Source of the DNA: Octopus sinensis
Lineage: Eukaryota
Reading direction: 5' to 3'
DNA length: 64,000 bases
NCBI RefSeq assembly: GCF_006345805.1
Contig: NC_043006.1
Coordinates: 7,998,001 to 8,062,000 of the forward strand
Shown here: in pieces, positions 1-11,655 of the stretch
Position numbering within the stretch: the stretch's first letter is position 1
Layout: every line of letters begins with the position of its first letter
Notes under the pieces: model-generated
Told to the model about the DNA's origin: nothing
What the model saw: the letters and a program-made list of their open reading frames with translations, nothing else
Databases searched by the model: none
Program-made: the position numbers and the translations under genes

Positions 1-175
1 AACCCCTGTTGTACTCTTTCGCCACAACTTTCTCTCAATTTCTCTTCCTGTTTCTTGAGTAACGCTGCAACGGACTGCCGTCCCGTCCAGCTGGGGGGGG
101 GGGGACACATACGCCACAGAAACCGGGAAACCGGGCCCATGAGCCTAGCTAGGCTTGAAGAGGGCGACGTTTATC
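1..175 (+). mobile_element. 3' part of a tRNA-SINE (C-type body joined to D-type tail), cut by the window edge
   Basis: tgtactctttcgccacaactttctctc matches the SINE body at 9379-9735; gtcccgtccagctgggg...gaaaccgggaaaccgggcccatgagcctagctaggc matches the tail of the copies at 8196-8453 and 14208-14471. Confidence 0.8.
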
Positions 176-1751
176 GTTATTCTATTTACGAAAGGATCCC
201 CAACCCTATCATCATTATTATTCCCTCTATGCAAATCATGGATGTGAAGGCTTAAATCACCTTTATTTTATTTCATTTATTTATTATTTTTTAAGAGGTA
301 GAAGTTTGTATAGATGGAACTTTTCGGCTATGGAATTTTTATGAAGGAAATCTTTGTAAATCTCTTTATCCAGTGTACCCTTCCTGACAGGTGGTGATTT
401 GAGAAAATTCGGTTATTATTTTTTGCAAAGTGGTCTTTTTAAGAATTTCGCATTTACTCATAAAATGATTTAGTAATTATATTTGCAGCTGATGACCAAA
501 AAGTATAATTCCAATAAATTGAAACCAAGATGCAATTTCAATCACGCGCAGACGCATTTTCATTTCATGTACGAATATTTTTTAAAGAGAAAAACATGAA
601 ATCGCAAGGCGTTTTACTCGGTCAAACAAAACTATAATTTGTATTGCAGTATAGTTTCTACGACTCCATATATAACATATTTTCATGAACTTCTTCATAA
701 AATGGTATAATACTTCCAAAAGCGCTAGTAACCTTTAACAGCAATTGCACCAATTTAACCCATAAACGACGGACATCATCAATTCATATATCAGAAAGAA
801 CAGCAAACATCATCAATTGATGTTTCAAAAATTTTACATAGATATGGCCGTCATCAACTGACATCTGAGAGACTACGTCATCAAGTCACAAATGGAAGAT
901 TTATACAGCGGAAGAAGTTTTTTTTTTCTAACTTTTCTATCATTATCAGATGAGATAGATGATAATGATGATGATGAGGAGGAGGAGGGGGAGGCTCTTG
1001 ATAGCACAGAAGAAAGTGATGCTTCAACCAGCTTCGAATGGAAAAAGCGCTTCAATCTTTCTGCATTTGTACATTCGTTTGTCAACAACAATGCGGGGAA
1101 ATCTCATGTGAATTTATGCTCAAATGATTTTATTGCCCATTTTTTTTTATATATATATATAATCTAAGAGGTTTAAAACATCGTTTTCATAGTTTGCGAA
1201 AATAAGTATCAAAATTATCCTTAAGAAAAAAAAATATTGCTTTTTGTCCATTCGGCACTCTCATTCATACACATTTTTCCCATCGTATTTCATATCATTT
1301 CAACAACAATGTGATCATATTACCAGCAATGGTCTTCTTACGAACGCCATCGCACGAATTCACTCTACTTACGACTTATCTCTATCATGTATTTTATTTT
1401 ATTCTCAAACAAACTCTCATAAATTTACTATTTCCTCCTAAAGTATAGGATTTCTTTGCTTAGGCAATCATTGTACAATAACCGGATTTTTTCCTAGAAT
1501 ATCAATACAATGCTTTATTTCCCTAGTGTAAATCACTACAGAAATTTAACCAATACAACTAATGACGTTGGTGAAAGCATTATTGTCACAATGACAAACT
1601 GAAGCCCTTTCTCTATTAAACGTAGGCAAACGTAAATTAATATCTCTGAAAGTCATGGAAATTCATTTTCGATATCAGTGACTTTTCATCACTGGAAAAA
1701 GGATATATGTATTTGCATTGGGACCCATTCGCATCGAAAACCGGTGATTGT

Positions 1752-1796
1752 CGTGCGCTGACGACGGGTAAATACTCAGAAACCCGGGTCCACGCG
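1752..1796 (+). ncRNA. Minimal type I hammerhead ribozyme motif
   Basis: cgtgcg-CTGACGA-c-gggt/aaat/actc-a-GAA-ACCCGGGT-C-cacgcg. Intact core, palindromic stem III, GUC triplet, stem I 5 of 6 pairs; C-A mismatch at the base of stem II. Confidence 0.65.
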
Positions 1797-2268
1797 TATC
1801 ACGTCAGGTCGAAGATGGGAAGGATGGCTTCCCTTTGCAAATACTGATAGGGCACAGAAGGTGTGTCAATAGCCAGCTGGAGAAGATGTTCTCCTGTGGC
1901 TACAAGCTACAGCAGCATCCACCCTTAGTGGTTAGCCACATTTAAGTGGCAAATTTACTTCACTTGTTTTAATACCATTAGATGTAAATTAATGTTTTAA
2001 TCTAGCTCTAATCTCACAAGGATTTCTTTTACTTTTGGCTCTCTAGGGATGATGAGAGGATACCCAATGATAGAGTGGCTCGATTCAGTCAATCGTGCCT
2101 CGTCTCTATGAATGTGTAACCTTTGATTACAGGATGAACCGAACTAAGTGCTACACAGTGTTTACTTACGTTCCTTTCTAGTGGCAAAGTTATCAAGATC
2201 GGCGTTGCCTTCCATCTTTCTAGGTGTAGTAAAAATAAGAAATAACAATAAATTTAATCCGTAGTACC

Positions 2269-2500
2269 TATTTCTTTACTACCCACAAGGGGCTAAACAC
2301 AGAGAGGACAAACAAGGACAGACAAACGGATTAAATCGATTATATCGACCCCAGTGCGTAACTGGTACGTATTTAATCGACCCCGAAAGGATGAAAAGCA
2401 AAGTCGACCTCGGTGGATTTTGAACTCAGAACGTAACGGCAGACGAAATACGGCTACGCATTTCGTCCGGCGTGCTAAAGTTTCTGCCAGCTCGCCGCCT
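2269..2500 (-). mobile_element. tRNA-derived SINE, family A, full length
   Basis: Minus strand reads ggcggcgagctggcagaaac...gagttcaaaatcc (B-box-like)...ctttcatcctttcggggtcgat...gtagtaaagaaata; many near-identical copies in the window. Confidence 0.9.
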
Positions 2501-3401
2501 TAAATTTTATCTGTAGAACCGTCCTTTAATTGTTTTGGTCTTGTGTCAATCTTATATATTAATATATCGAAAATAAGATAAATAAGCTGAGCTGAACTCC
2601 CAATGGCAATGCAGGATATTAATGTGAATGTCCTTGGTTGTAGATGTACATGGAATGGAAGACGGTTCATTTTAGAAAAGCAAAAGCTGTACTATCCTCG
2701 AAACTGTTTGCAAGTATAACAACTACTGTTGCTTTAATCGCTATTCGGATTTTGGCGGAATTCCTAGGGAAATGTGTTACCTTTTCACATATATCACTCA
2801 ATCAATAGAATAACATTTCCCTTCATTGCGTAAATATTCCTATAATTCTGTCAGATTCAGACCTTAGTAAATTGTTCCAATCAATAATATTTTTTGTGAG
2901 AAGTTAGTATATTACTTCCTGTATTGATCCACAGAGATACGCACGAAAGAAGTATATCTATACATGATATGCACGGTTCGTCGTTTATTGTTATCAGTGC
3001 AACGCAAAACAAAAACTGCTGGCCAATGATTATGTGCAATTCCCTTCTTACTGTTCGAAGTTAATGATGCCTGATACTGAAGCTAACATACAAAATTCAT
3101 GCGTTATCATCTCGATATTTCTCATGTTTATCCCAAATGAGACATTTAAAATCTGGAATATACAGTAACTTTGCTACAGGAATTATTTCTTGTACAAAAT
3201 GCCATTAGTTTTCCAGATTCCCAACAAGGTACCAAGCAATATTTTAGAAATGAAGAACAATAGCTGTTCACCCAAGACCAAAAATTTACAAGTATGATTT
3301 CAATGCTATATACAAATTCGGGTTTTTTCTTTCTTTTTCAGGTAAGGCAACTTATTTCCCTTCATTCACATTATGAAAAGACTCTCCCCAAAACATGTTT
3401 A

Positions 3402-4070
3402 CAGGTGTTGGATTAAGTTAATGGAAGCATCATAGCATCATAATTTTGAAATATCTATAAAACCATCGAAAGCTTGTTTATTTTTATGTTTATGATTTAT
3501 TATTAGTGTTGCTTAATATGTTTTGCTAAACTTTCTGTTGCTTTTCAGATATCATCTGAGAAAGGTAATTAAAATGAATTAAAATGACAAATCTATCGGC
3601 CTTTCAAAGAGATCAAATTGTTGGTACTCGTATAGCAGGTGCTAGCGTATTGAAAACAGCCGAAATGTTTAGTGTGTCAAGAAGTAATGTCTCGAAAGGA
3701 ATGACAGCCTTTGAGAAAGAGGGAAAAACCTCCTCATTGAAACAAAACTCCAGAAGAAAACCAAATTTTTCAAATAGGGACAGTCGGACTCTTACGCGAA
3801 TTGTTAGAAAGGATCACCAAAGGACAGCTCCCAAAATTACTGCAAAGATTAATGACCACCTCGACAACCCAGTTTTCGCAAAAAACTGTTCGCCGGGAGC
3901 TGCACAAAGCCGGATATCACGGTAGGGCCGTAATCAGAAAACTACTCTCAAAAATAAATGCTGCAAAGCGTTTAGAGAGGAGTAAAAACCTACAGAATAG
4001 GTCCCTAGTGCAGTGGAAGACTGACTCGGACAAGTCATCCTTTACCTTATTTCCGACCACCAATCCCTGT
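3402..4070 (+). mobile_element. Tc1-family DNA transposon, 5' part; frameshifted transposase pseudogene truncated at a (TA)n tract
   Basis: TA-CAGGTGTT left end. ORFs 3584-3925 and 3801-4097 join into a Tc1 N-terminus: LSAFQRDQIVG...GAS, TVRRELHKAGYHGR, KRLE..K, and [11 protein letters not shown] in place of the SDESxF first catalytic Asp. Confidence 0.88.
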
Positions 4071-4133
4071 TATATGTATATATATATAGATAGATAGATT
4101 GATACATACATTTATATATACATATATACATAC

Positions 4134-4139
<6 letters not shown>

Positions 4140-4223
<84 letters not shown>
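4140..4223. repeat. Long (TA)n microsatellite
   Basis: Uninterrupted TA run that separates the Tc1 relic from a PLE-like repeat. Confidence 0.97.
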
Positions 4224-4226
<3 letters not shown>

Positions 4227-4560
4227 TTATGAGAGGTAATGGTGTCAGCAAAACCCAAAGGGGTCAGGTAATGCTGAGTAAGTGCTATGAATAGACCATA
4301 GTTAAGCTCCAGGTTCGGTGATTTTGCGAATAAGGAGTCCAACGTAGGTCATATATCAGCATGTGTATATATAACCATTTTCTCACACCGTCTCCGATGA
4401 AGGGATATAATAAATATTCTAGAAACACCTGTAAGACCTATTTATAAATGTTCTAAAATCTTCACAGCCTTGGTTTTTTATATCATTCTGAAAAAAAATT
4501 ATATATGTATATATCCACCGGCGTTTTGAACGAAGTTTTGTGTTTTTAATTGTCTTTTTG
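4224..4560 (+). mobile_element. Probable Penelope-like terminal-repeat fragment with a degenerate hammerhead at 4390-4437
   Basis: Starts directly at the (TA)n tract; gtct-CCGATGA-a-gggatat/aataa/atattct-a-GAAAC-acct-GTA-agac. Confidence 0.5.
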
Positions 4561-5107
4561 AAAAAATTTCCTCTGAGACAAAATATTATACCTGTTGCCA
4601 TTTCATATTTGTATACAGATTACAAATGTTACGCATATTGGTATTTTAATCGAATGCCATTTCTATACTGTTCCTCCGCTAACTCCACACACACCAACTC
4701 CACATCTTAATAACAGGGGTCTCTTATTTCCCCTGACATCATTAATTATGCAGCATTAATTCTACTTTTAAATCCAAGTTTATCAAATTAGTCGATAATA
4801 AATCGGAGATCGCTTAGACCAGTTTTGTGTCGCACACTACATTGGACCAGCTTAGAACCAAATCACTACACTTCTCCCCTATATACGCACAGCTACAGAC
4901 CAATCACAACCTTCTGTCACCTCATACCGAGATATCAACCTAATATTTTTGTGCCATAACCACTTCGACCATTGGGCCACCATCCCTTCTCTCCTGAGAC
5001 ATGAAACTTCGTAACCATTTAGTTACAAGATAATCCCTAGCTCCCAGTCTTACCGCATTCTGTACTTTCGGGTATACTACCCACATATGTCACATTTCTC
5101 TATATAC

Positions 5108-5321
5108 TGGTTTCAGATTTTGGCAAAAGGTCAGTAGTTTCGAGAGAGGGGTAAGTCGATTATATCGACCCACGGTGATCCACTGGCACAAATTTTATCG
5201 ATCCCGAAAGGATAAAAGGCAAAGTTGACCGTGGCGGCGTTAGAACTGAAAACGTCAAGCCGGAAAAAATGCCGCTAAGCATTTTTTCCGGCGCGGTAAC
5301 GATTCTGTCAGCTCGCCTCCT
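5108..5321 (-). mobile_element. Family A-related SINE with alternative tail (F type), diverged
   Basis: Head gagctgacagaatcgttacc and body ctttgccttttatcctttcgggatcgataaaatt on the minus strand; tail ends in aaaatctgaaacc as in the copies at 51430-51610 and 57640-57825. Confidence 0.8.
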
Positions 5322-5350
5322 TCACTTGTCCCTATATGAATAATACCAAA

Positions 5351-5940
5351 AGCGGTGAGTTGGCAGAATCGTTAGCATGTTGGGCGAAATGCTTAGCGGT
5401 ATTTTCGTTTGTCGTTACGTTCTGAGTTCAAATTCCGCCGAGGTCGACTTTGCCTTTCATCCTTTCAGGGTCGATAAATTAAGTACCAGTTACGCACTGG
5501 GGTCGATATAATCGACTTAATCCGGTTGTTTGTCCTCTCTGTGTTTAGCCCCTTGTGGGTTATAAAGAAATAGGTATTTCGTCTGCCGTTACATTCTGAG
5601 TTCAAATTCCACCGAGGTCGACTTTGCCTTTCATCCTTTCGGGGTCGATTAAATAAGCACCAGTTACGCACTGGGATCGATATAATCGACTTAATTTGTT
5701 TGTCTGTCCTTGTTTGTCCCCTGTATGTGTAGCCCCTTGTGGGTAGTAAAGAAATAGGTATTTCGTCTGCCGTTACGTTCTGAATCCAAATTCCGCCGAG
5801 GTTGACTTTGCCTTTCATCCTTTCGAGGTCGATTAAATAAGTACCAGTTATACACTGGGCTTGATGTAATCGACTTAATCCCTTTGTTTGTCCTTCTTTG
5901 TCTCCTCTATTTTTAGCCCCTTGTGGGCAATAAATAAATA
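5351..5940 (+). mobile_element. Family A SINE with one head and three head-to-tail body units
   Basis: Head at 5351; body units start at about 5398, 5573 and 5757, joined by gaaata|ggtatttcg. Confidence 0.92.
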
Positions 5941-6698
5941 TATATAGTAATAACGCCATAACAATTACAGTCTCCAAATCTCAGTACCAAAACACCAAAA
6001 ACATCAACAGTGCATGCACCACCATGCTAGACCAATACAATCCCTAGAGTGCCGTCAGCATTGGTAAAACAGACTGTCCTACTTCCACGATGTGGTCCTG
6101 CGCACTGCAGACGAACACTTGGTCCACAATATCAACACATCTGGTCACTACATAAACCATCATTTGATGACCGACATCTCAACCAACCACAAAGTATCTT
6201 AATCAATAAAAATTTTTTTTTCCTATTTACCAACGATAGATATGACTGAACACCTCCGCTTCTCTTTTCAATCTTATTTCATTCTTGCTCGTCTTAATGT
6301 TATTTTTTTTATCTGATATTAATTATTGTTGCCTTCGCGTGCAAAATTCTTTTATTAGAATATTTCCTATCTTAAGTTTCATTGTCTTCTCCGTCCGTCA
6401 TTTTAAAATTCATTTTTAATCTCTGTTTTAATACTATTCATTGCCTGTGCACGCAAGTAACAAGTTTTTATTACATAGCCCATAGCAGAGACACACACAT
6501 ATATGTCACCACATAGGTGAGAGAGAGAGAGAGAGAGAGTCTGTGTGTGCGCCGCACGTAGATACATGCGTATACGCTCTTTCTATTCACATGTGTATTT
6601 ACGTATATACCAATACTATTGTTGACACGCTTCCTGTTGTAGTCACTAGCCTCACCTACAACAAACTTCAGTTTTAGAAACTGACCATTTCTTCCTAT

Positions 6699-6699
<1 letters not shown>

Positions 6700-6740
<41 letters not shown>

Positions 6741-6812
6741 GACTCTTATTCTCTTCCCACCTCACACTCTTCTATATTCCCTCCCTATTTCTTTTTTCTT
6801 TCTCTCCTTCAC

Positions 6813-6850
<38 letters not shown>
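6700..6850. repeat. (CT)n microsatellite tracts
   Basis: Two CT runs within pyrimidine-rich sequence. Confidence 0.9.
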
Positions 6851-6853
<3 letters not shown>

Positions 6854-7324
6854 TCTCATCTTGCTGTGCTACATTTTCTCTCCCACGCATTTGCTACTGC
6901 TGGGTTTCTGTTATATTCTGTCGATTTCCAAGACCTCCAAAACTCACAGACGAAGAAAAGAAAATTGCTTTTCTTTGTCTCCTACAAAAAGGAATTTATA
7001 AAAAAAAACGTCGGTGACTCCCCTCCAAAATGTATATAGATTAAAAAAACTTTCAAATATTACTAATAAATACAATTTTTGCAGGCGTAGACCAACACTA
7101 TTTATCCTAGCTGCCGAGCTTTTTAGCTATCTAACAATGTAGCACACATGTAGTCGTAAGTTATTTCGAGGGAGGCGGTATGTCGGTTACAGTTGAGAAA
7201 ATGTAAAGATGTGTTCCCATCAGTATATTGCTGGTTAAATCACCCTCGCACGATTAAAATGACAGAGTCATCTATCATTCAAACTTGAATAATTGCAAAT
7301 ATACGAGGATAGTGCTCACACATA

Positions 7325-7339
7325 CACACACACACACAC

Positions 7340-7398
<59 letters not shown>
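7325..7398. repeat. (CA)n microsatellite
   Basis: Long CA run. Confidence 0.97.
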
Positions 7399-7399
<1 letters not shown>

Positions 7400-7504
7400 G
7401 AGGCTCGATAAACCAATAAAATAGAGACGAAATTAATATATTAAAGCTCTTCGTAAAGTAATTATCAACTCAAGATATCAGGACTGCTGATAACTCCCAA
7501 TATC

Positions 7505-7970
7505 TACGGAGGTGGGCTGAAAATCTCATACGCTGGCTATGAAGTGTGATGCTAGACCTGTGAATTATTGCATGCATTAATTTCAACTGCTTCGCTTCTT
7601 TCCAGGTAACCTGACAACTGACTGTTCAAAGAAGACTGCAAAAGCAGCTAGCAGCGGCTTCTCTTGAAAATCGACCAAACTTGGCATCGTCGTGTTATCA
7701 AGTACCTACAGAAAATTGATTTAGCCCCCGAGCACATTCTTGTTGACATGTTGACTACATCAGAGGATACCGCTCAAGCTTTATCAGCAATGCAAAAGTG
7801 GGCTACGGAATTTAGGAAGGGAAGGAAGAGTCTTGAAGATGACCAAATGTAATGGCGTTCTGCAACTGCCACCACCGAGGAAAACCTTGATCGGGTTCAC
7901 CATATGCTGATGGATGACAGGTGATTGACTTGAGAGAGCTCAGAATATTCTGCACAATGAACTTGACAGT
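7505..7970 (+). mobile_element. mariner-family transposon, 5' fragment (HTH region pseudogene)
   Basis: Translation KIDQTWHRRVIKYLQK...QKWATEFRKGRKSLEDD*, continuing as SATATTEENLDRVHHMLMDDR and ILHNEL, is a typical mariner N-terminus; tacggaggtgggctgaaaa resembles a mariner left TIR. Confidence 0.85.
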
Positions 7971-8195
7971 TGTTCCCTTAAGTTCCAAAATAAGATTTAG
8001 TATTTATGGAGGGTCAAAATTGAGAACAAAAATAGATATATAAATATATATGTGTGTGTGTGCATGTACGTGCTTGTGTGTGTTTCAGAGAGAGAGACAG
8101 TGTGTGCGTGTGTCCGTGAGTGTGTATGCGTGTGGGTGTAATATGGTGTAATAGGCTGTGAACAGAATAAAAAATAATCCAATACACAGGATGTA

Positions 8196-8453
8196 AAATA
8201 AAATAAATGCGCCCTTTTAAAGCCTAGCCAGGCTCATGGGCCCAGTTTCCCGGTTTCAATGGCGCATGTGTTCCCCAACTGGACAGGACACAAGTCCATC
8301 GCAGTGTTACTCATTTTTGCCTGCTGAGTGGAGTGGAGCAACGTGAAATGAAGTGTTTTGGTCAAGAACACAACGCGTTGCCCGGTCCCGGAATCGAATC
8401 CACAATCTTACGATCATGGCGCTGACATACTAACCACTAAGCCACGCGCCTCT
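8196..8453 (-). mobile_element. tRNA-SINE, family D
   Basis: Head gaggcgcgtggcttagtggttag, B-box-like ttcgattcc, core ttcatttcacgttgctccactccactcagc, (TTTTA)n tail. Confidence 0.9.
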
Positions 8454-9378
8454 ACAGGGATATGTAATGAGAGCTAATAATCCCTCCTCATGTTTATATT
8501 CATACACACACGTGCACAGACGCTTACTTATAGTTAATACATTTTATTCTTTAAAATTATTTTTAAAGCGGTCATACTGAAAAGTTATACAACAATCAAA
8601 AGTTTTACAAGTGGCGTTTAACGCCTTTTAATGGAATCGACCGTGATGATAGTGATTAGCGCATATTTCTCTAGGATTATTCGCATATTATCTCACTGCC
8701 ATAATTTCGTTTTGATAAGTTGTTATGGTGACGAGATCCCGCCATTACATTAATCCGTTTATTTATGTTATAATGCTTACTGATCGACCATTCATACATC
8801 TTGGCATTTTATTCCTGTAGCCTACATAACCAATGTCTGTAATAATAGTCGACTGTAATAGATAAATGTCTCTATATGTGTATGTCCCCCTGCACGCTTG
8901 TCTGTGTAAACGAATGGTGCTGTCAAAACGGTTCCAACTTTACCATCATCTGCTGTATTTTGATTGACACTAACAACGCTAACAATATGACATTCACGTA
9001 CCTGGGGAAACGACTTCTACCAGATAACTTGTCTTAAATTGTAAAGTGGAAGAGTAAGCTTGACAATGTTTGTAATGTTTATAAGTGTGAGACGTTGTCA
9101 GACATAACAGCATGCGCGCGCATGTGTGTGTGTGTGTATTTGTTTGACCTGTGATCCTAACAGGCCGAACAACCAATTGTATACATTTCTTATCATTGAA
9201 TCTGCTCTTTTTTACGGTGTACTTGTGACTGTTCGGTTCGAGACATCCTTGTTTGGCAACGGTTCAGAGATTATTTTTACCCATGTCTGTTTTTTTTTAA
9301 ATGTCAGAACCAATAAAGCAAAATTTTCACTACATCTTTCCGAAGCATGATTTCCATTAAGCAACATGTACTGAAACT

Positions 9379-9735
9379 GGAGGCGCAATGGCCCAGTGGT
9401 TAGGGCAGCTGACTCGCGGTTTCGATTCCCAGACCGGGCGTTATGAGTGTTTATTGAGCGAAAACACCTAAAGCTCCACGAGGCTCCGGCAGGTGATCCC
9501 TGCTGTACTCTTTCACCACAACTTTCTCTCACTCTTACTTCCTGTTTCTGTTGTACCTGTATTTCAAAGGGCCGGCCTTGTCACTCTCTGTGTCACGCTG
9601 AATATCCTCGAGAACTACGTTAAGGGTACACGTGTCTGTGGAGTGCTCAGCCACTTACACGTTAATTTCACGAGCAGGCTGTTCCGTTGATCGGATCAAC
9701 CGGAACCCTCGTGGTCGTAACCGCCGGAGTCTTCC
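9379..9735 (+). mobile_element. tRNA-SINE, family C, with 10-bp TSD
   Basis: Head ggaggcgcaatggcccagtggttagggcag; TSD tactgaaact at 9369-9378 and 9742-9751. Confidence 0.93.
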
Positions 9736-10329
9736 AAAAATTACTGAAACTATTCATTTGTAATACAATCAAGATCACCTAGAATTACACAACCTATATT
9801 AAAACTATTTATCTGGACAATTTATCTGGACAATTTTCTGGCTACGAAAACTGGCTACGCCCTTCCCGCAACAGTACTGTGGAAAATGGTAATTTATTAA
9901 TACAAAGTAAACTTTGGCGGATTAGATTAGTAAAGTTAATAGAAAATGTTAATAACGACATTGCAAAATCGTATAGAATTTCAAAGAACAATATTTCAAT
10001 TTTAAAAACTAAGCTGTAATGAAAAGACGGAAAATAGAAATATTAGATACTTTGGCCCCACAGGGGCTTGTCATGGTTGACTTGTGTCACCATTCCATTT
10101 TTTCTATCAATTATGAGTTTCACGACGACAATGGCAGACGAGTGAAAGTATTATACCCACCAATTGTAAGATCAGAGGCAGCGAATTTGCCTGGTGGTCG
10201 TTGATATTGTTTTATTGGTGGAATTGAAAGACAAGGAAATTGAATAATTAATGCAGAGAAAAAGTAGGACATATAGATCGGCCAAGAAACAGAGAATGTC
10301 CCCTTCACGGTAATGAAGACATAACGAAC

Positions 10330-11345
10330 AGGGATTGCCACCTCCAGGGTACTTAAGATACAAACAATGGAGTGTCACCATGATTCTTAAAGAACAGACG
10401 ATTGAAAATGTGAACCGAATTGCGAGTGCCTCAAGAGTATTCTATACAATAATGAAGACACAGAAACCGATGTCAGATGCAGAATCGGAAATGCAACAGC
10501 AGTATTTCAACGAATATAGATAGTTTTGTTTGTTCCTTCTCGAGCCATGCCTGTCTCATAAGAGCCGGTTTCCCCGGTTTCCTTGGCGTATAGGTTCCCC
10601 ACCTGGACGGGACGCCAGTCCGTCGCAGGTGAGCTGCAAGATGCAGGAGGAAAGAGTGAGAGAAAGTTGTGGCGAAAGAGTCAGCAGAAGTTCGCCTGTA
10701 GCTTTCGCCGGAGCCACGCGGAGCTTAGGTGTTTCGCTCATAAACACACACATCGCGCGGTCTGAGATTCGAACCCGCGATCCCTCGACCGCGAGTCTGC
10801 TGCTCTAACCACTAGGCCATGTGCCTCCACTATAGATAGTTTGGTCCATCAACACACCGGACTTCAACTTCAAGATATTTTTTTCTTTAGTAACAACACT
10901 ATATGAAAGGGGTACGATGAAGAAAACTGCAAAAATCAATAAAACATGGGGGTACTTTTCACCAAAAGGTGCAAGAAGAAAATCTTCAGAATTTCGTGCC
11001 TGGTTGTATTGAAAACTAAGAATGTCTTTAAGAAAATTGTTGCAATGAATGCAGGTCATACTGAAAAAACGAAAACTATGATTGGCTGGTAACGTTTTTC
11101 AGTAGAGCAGTTAACGGTATGCAAAAAACAGGTTTGGGATCGACACCTACAGGAGAGGGGGGGAGAAAGCAGGAAAGAGTGCGGGCAGCATTGGATCGAA
11201 CCTTTCATGAGAATCTGAAAGCTGACAACAGATATAGCAATAGCACTGAACATCTGGCCGAGAACACTGGAGCAGAACTTCTGTCCGCCGTGCAAAAATG
11301 TATAAGTTGGTCTGAGTGACTAACTAACTGATTGCTGACTGACAC
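10330..11345 (+). mobile_element. Decayed RTE-like LINE 3' end, interrupted by a SINE
   Basis: NRIASASRVFYTI resembles the post-RT RIxxAxxAF motif; RYAK..GLGSTPTGEGGRKQERVR..LAEN resembles RTE C-termini; short-repeat tail gactaactaactgattgctgactgac. Frameshifted. Confidence 0.5.
10527..10830 (-). mobile_element. tRNA-SINE (C-like head, D-like tail) with 12-bp TSD
   Basis: TSD tatagatagttt at 10515-10526 and 10831-10842; B-box gggttcgaatc on the minus strand. Confidence 0.92.
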
Positions 11346-11522
11346 GACGTTTACAATAGTCTCATTTTGTTCAGGAAACTACTTTGAAAATTATAATTAT
11401 ATTCAAATTACGATGAAAGTAAACAAACAAACAATGTTTGTATTGGAAGCGTTGAGATGATTTTAAATTCTCAAACGCAGGATAATGCTAATGATATAGC
11501 CTGAACAGGATAAGCTATCCTG

Positions 11523-11601
11523 GGCAGTTTAGCTTAATGGTTCAGAGCTTCACGACGCGTAATCACGGAGGTGTGAGTTCGAGTCTCATAGCTGGCCGCC
11601 A
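11523..11601 (+). tRNA. tRNA-like gene/pseudogene, apparent anticodon CGT (Thr), ending in genomic CCA
   Basis: Acceptor ggcagtt/agctggc (6 of 7), D stem gctt/gagc, T stem gtgag/ctcat with TTCGAGT loop, 7-nt loop cgcgtaa. Anticodon stem only 3 of 5 and one extra nt at position 26; no oligo-T terminator. Confidence 0.65.
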
Positions 11602-11655
11602 ACACTTCTGTAAAATAGGGGTCACTTATCCTGTTCGGGCTATACTATTAGCATT

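Noticed and set aside
892-1167. ORF with an acidic D/E run, possibly a transposase N-terminus in a TTAA-bounded element (~291-1224)
   Set aside because: The acidic run is a (GAT)n(GAG)n triplet repeat, there is no recognisable domain, and the two TTAA-adjacent ends are not inverted repeats.
4422-4433. aaacacctgta as the right TIR of the Tc1 element
   Set aside because: The match to the left end is only ~10 bp, the transposase 3' half is missing, and these bases are better explained as the GAAAC...GUA part of the hammerhead motif.
5465-5977. 170-aa ORF with internal repeats (longest non-TE-looking ORF in this region)
   Set aside because: It is the antisense read-through of the tandem SINE array; the array is not CRISPR-like because it has no unique spacers.
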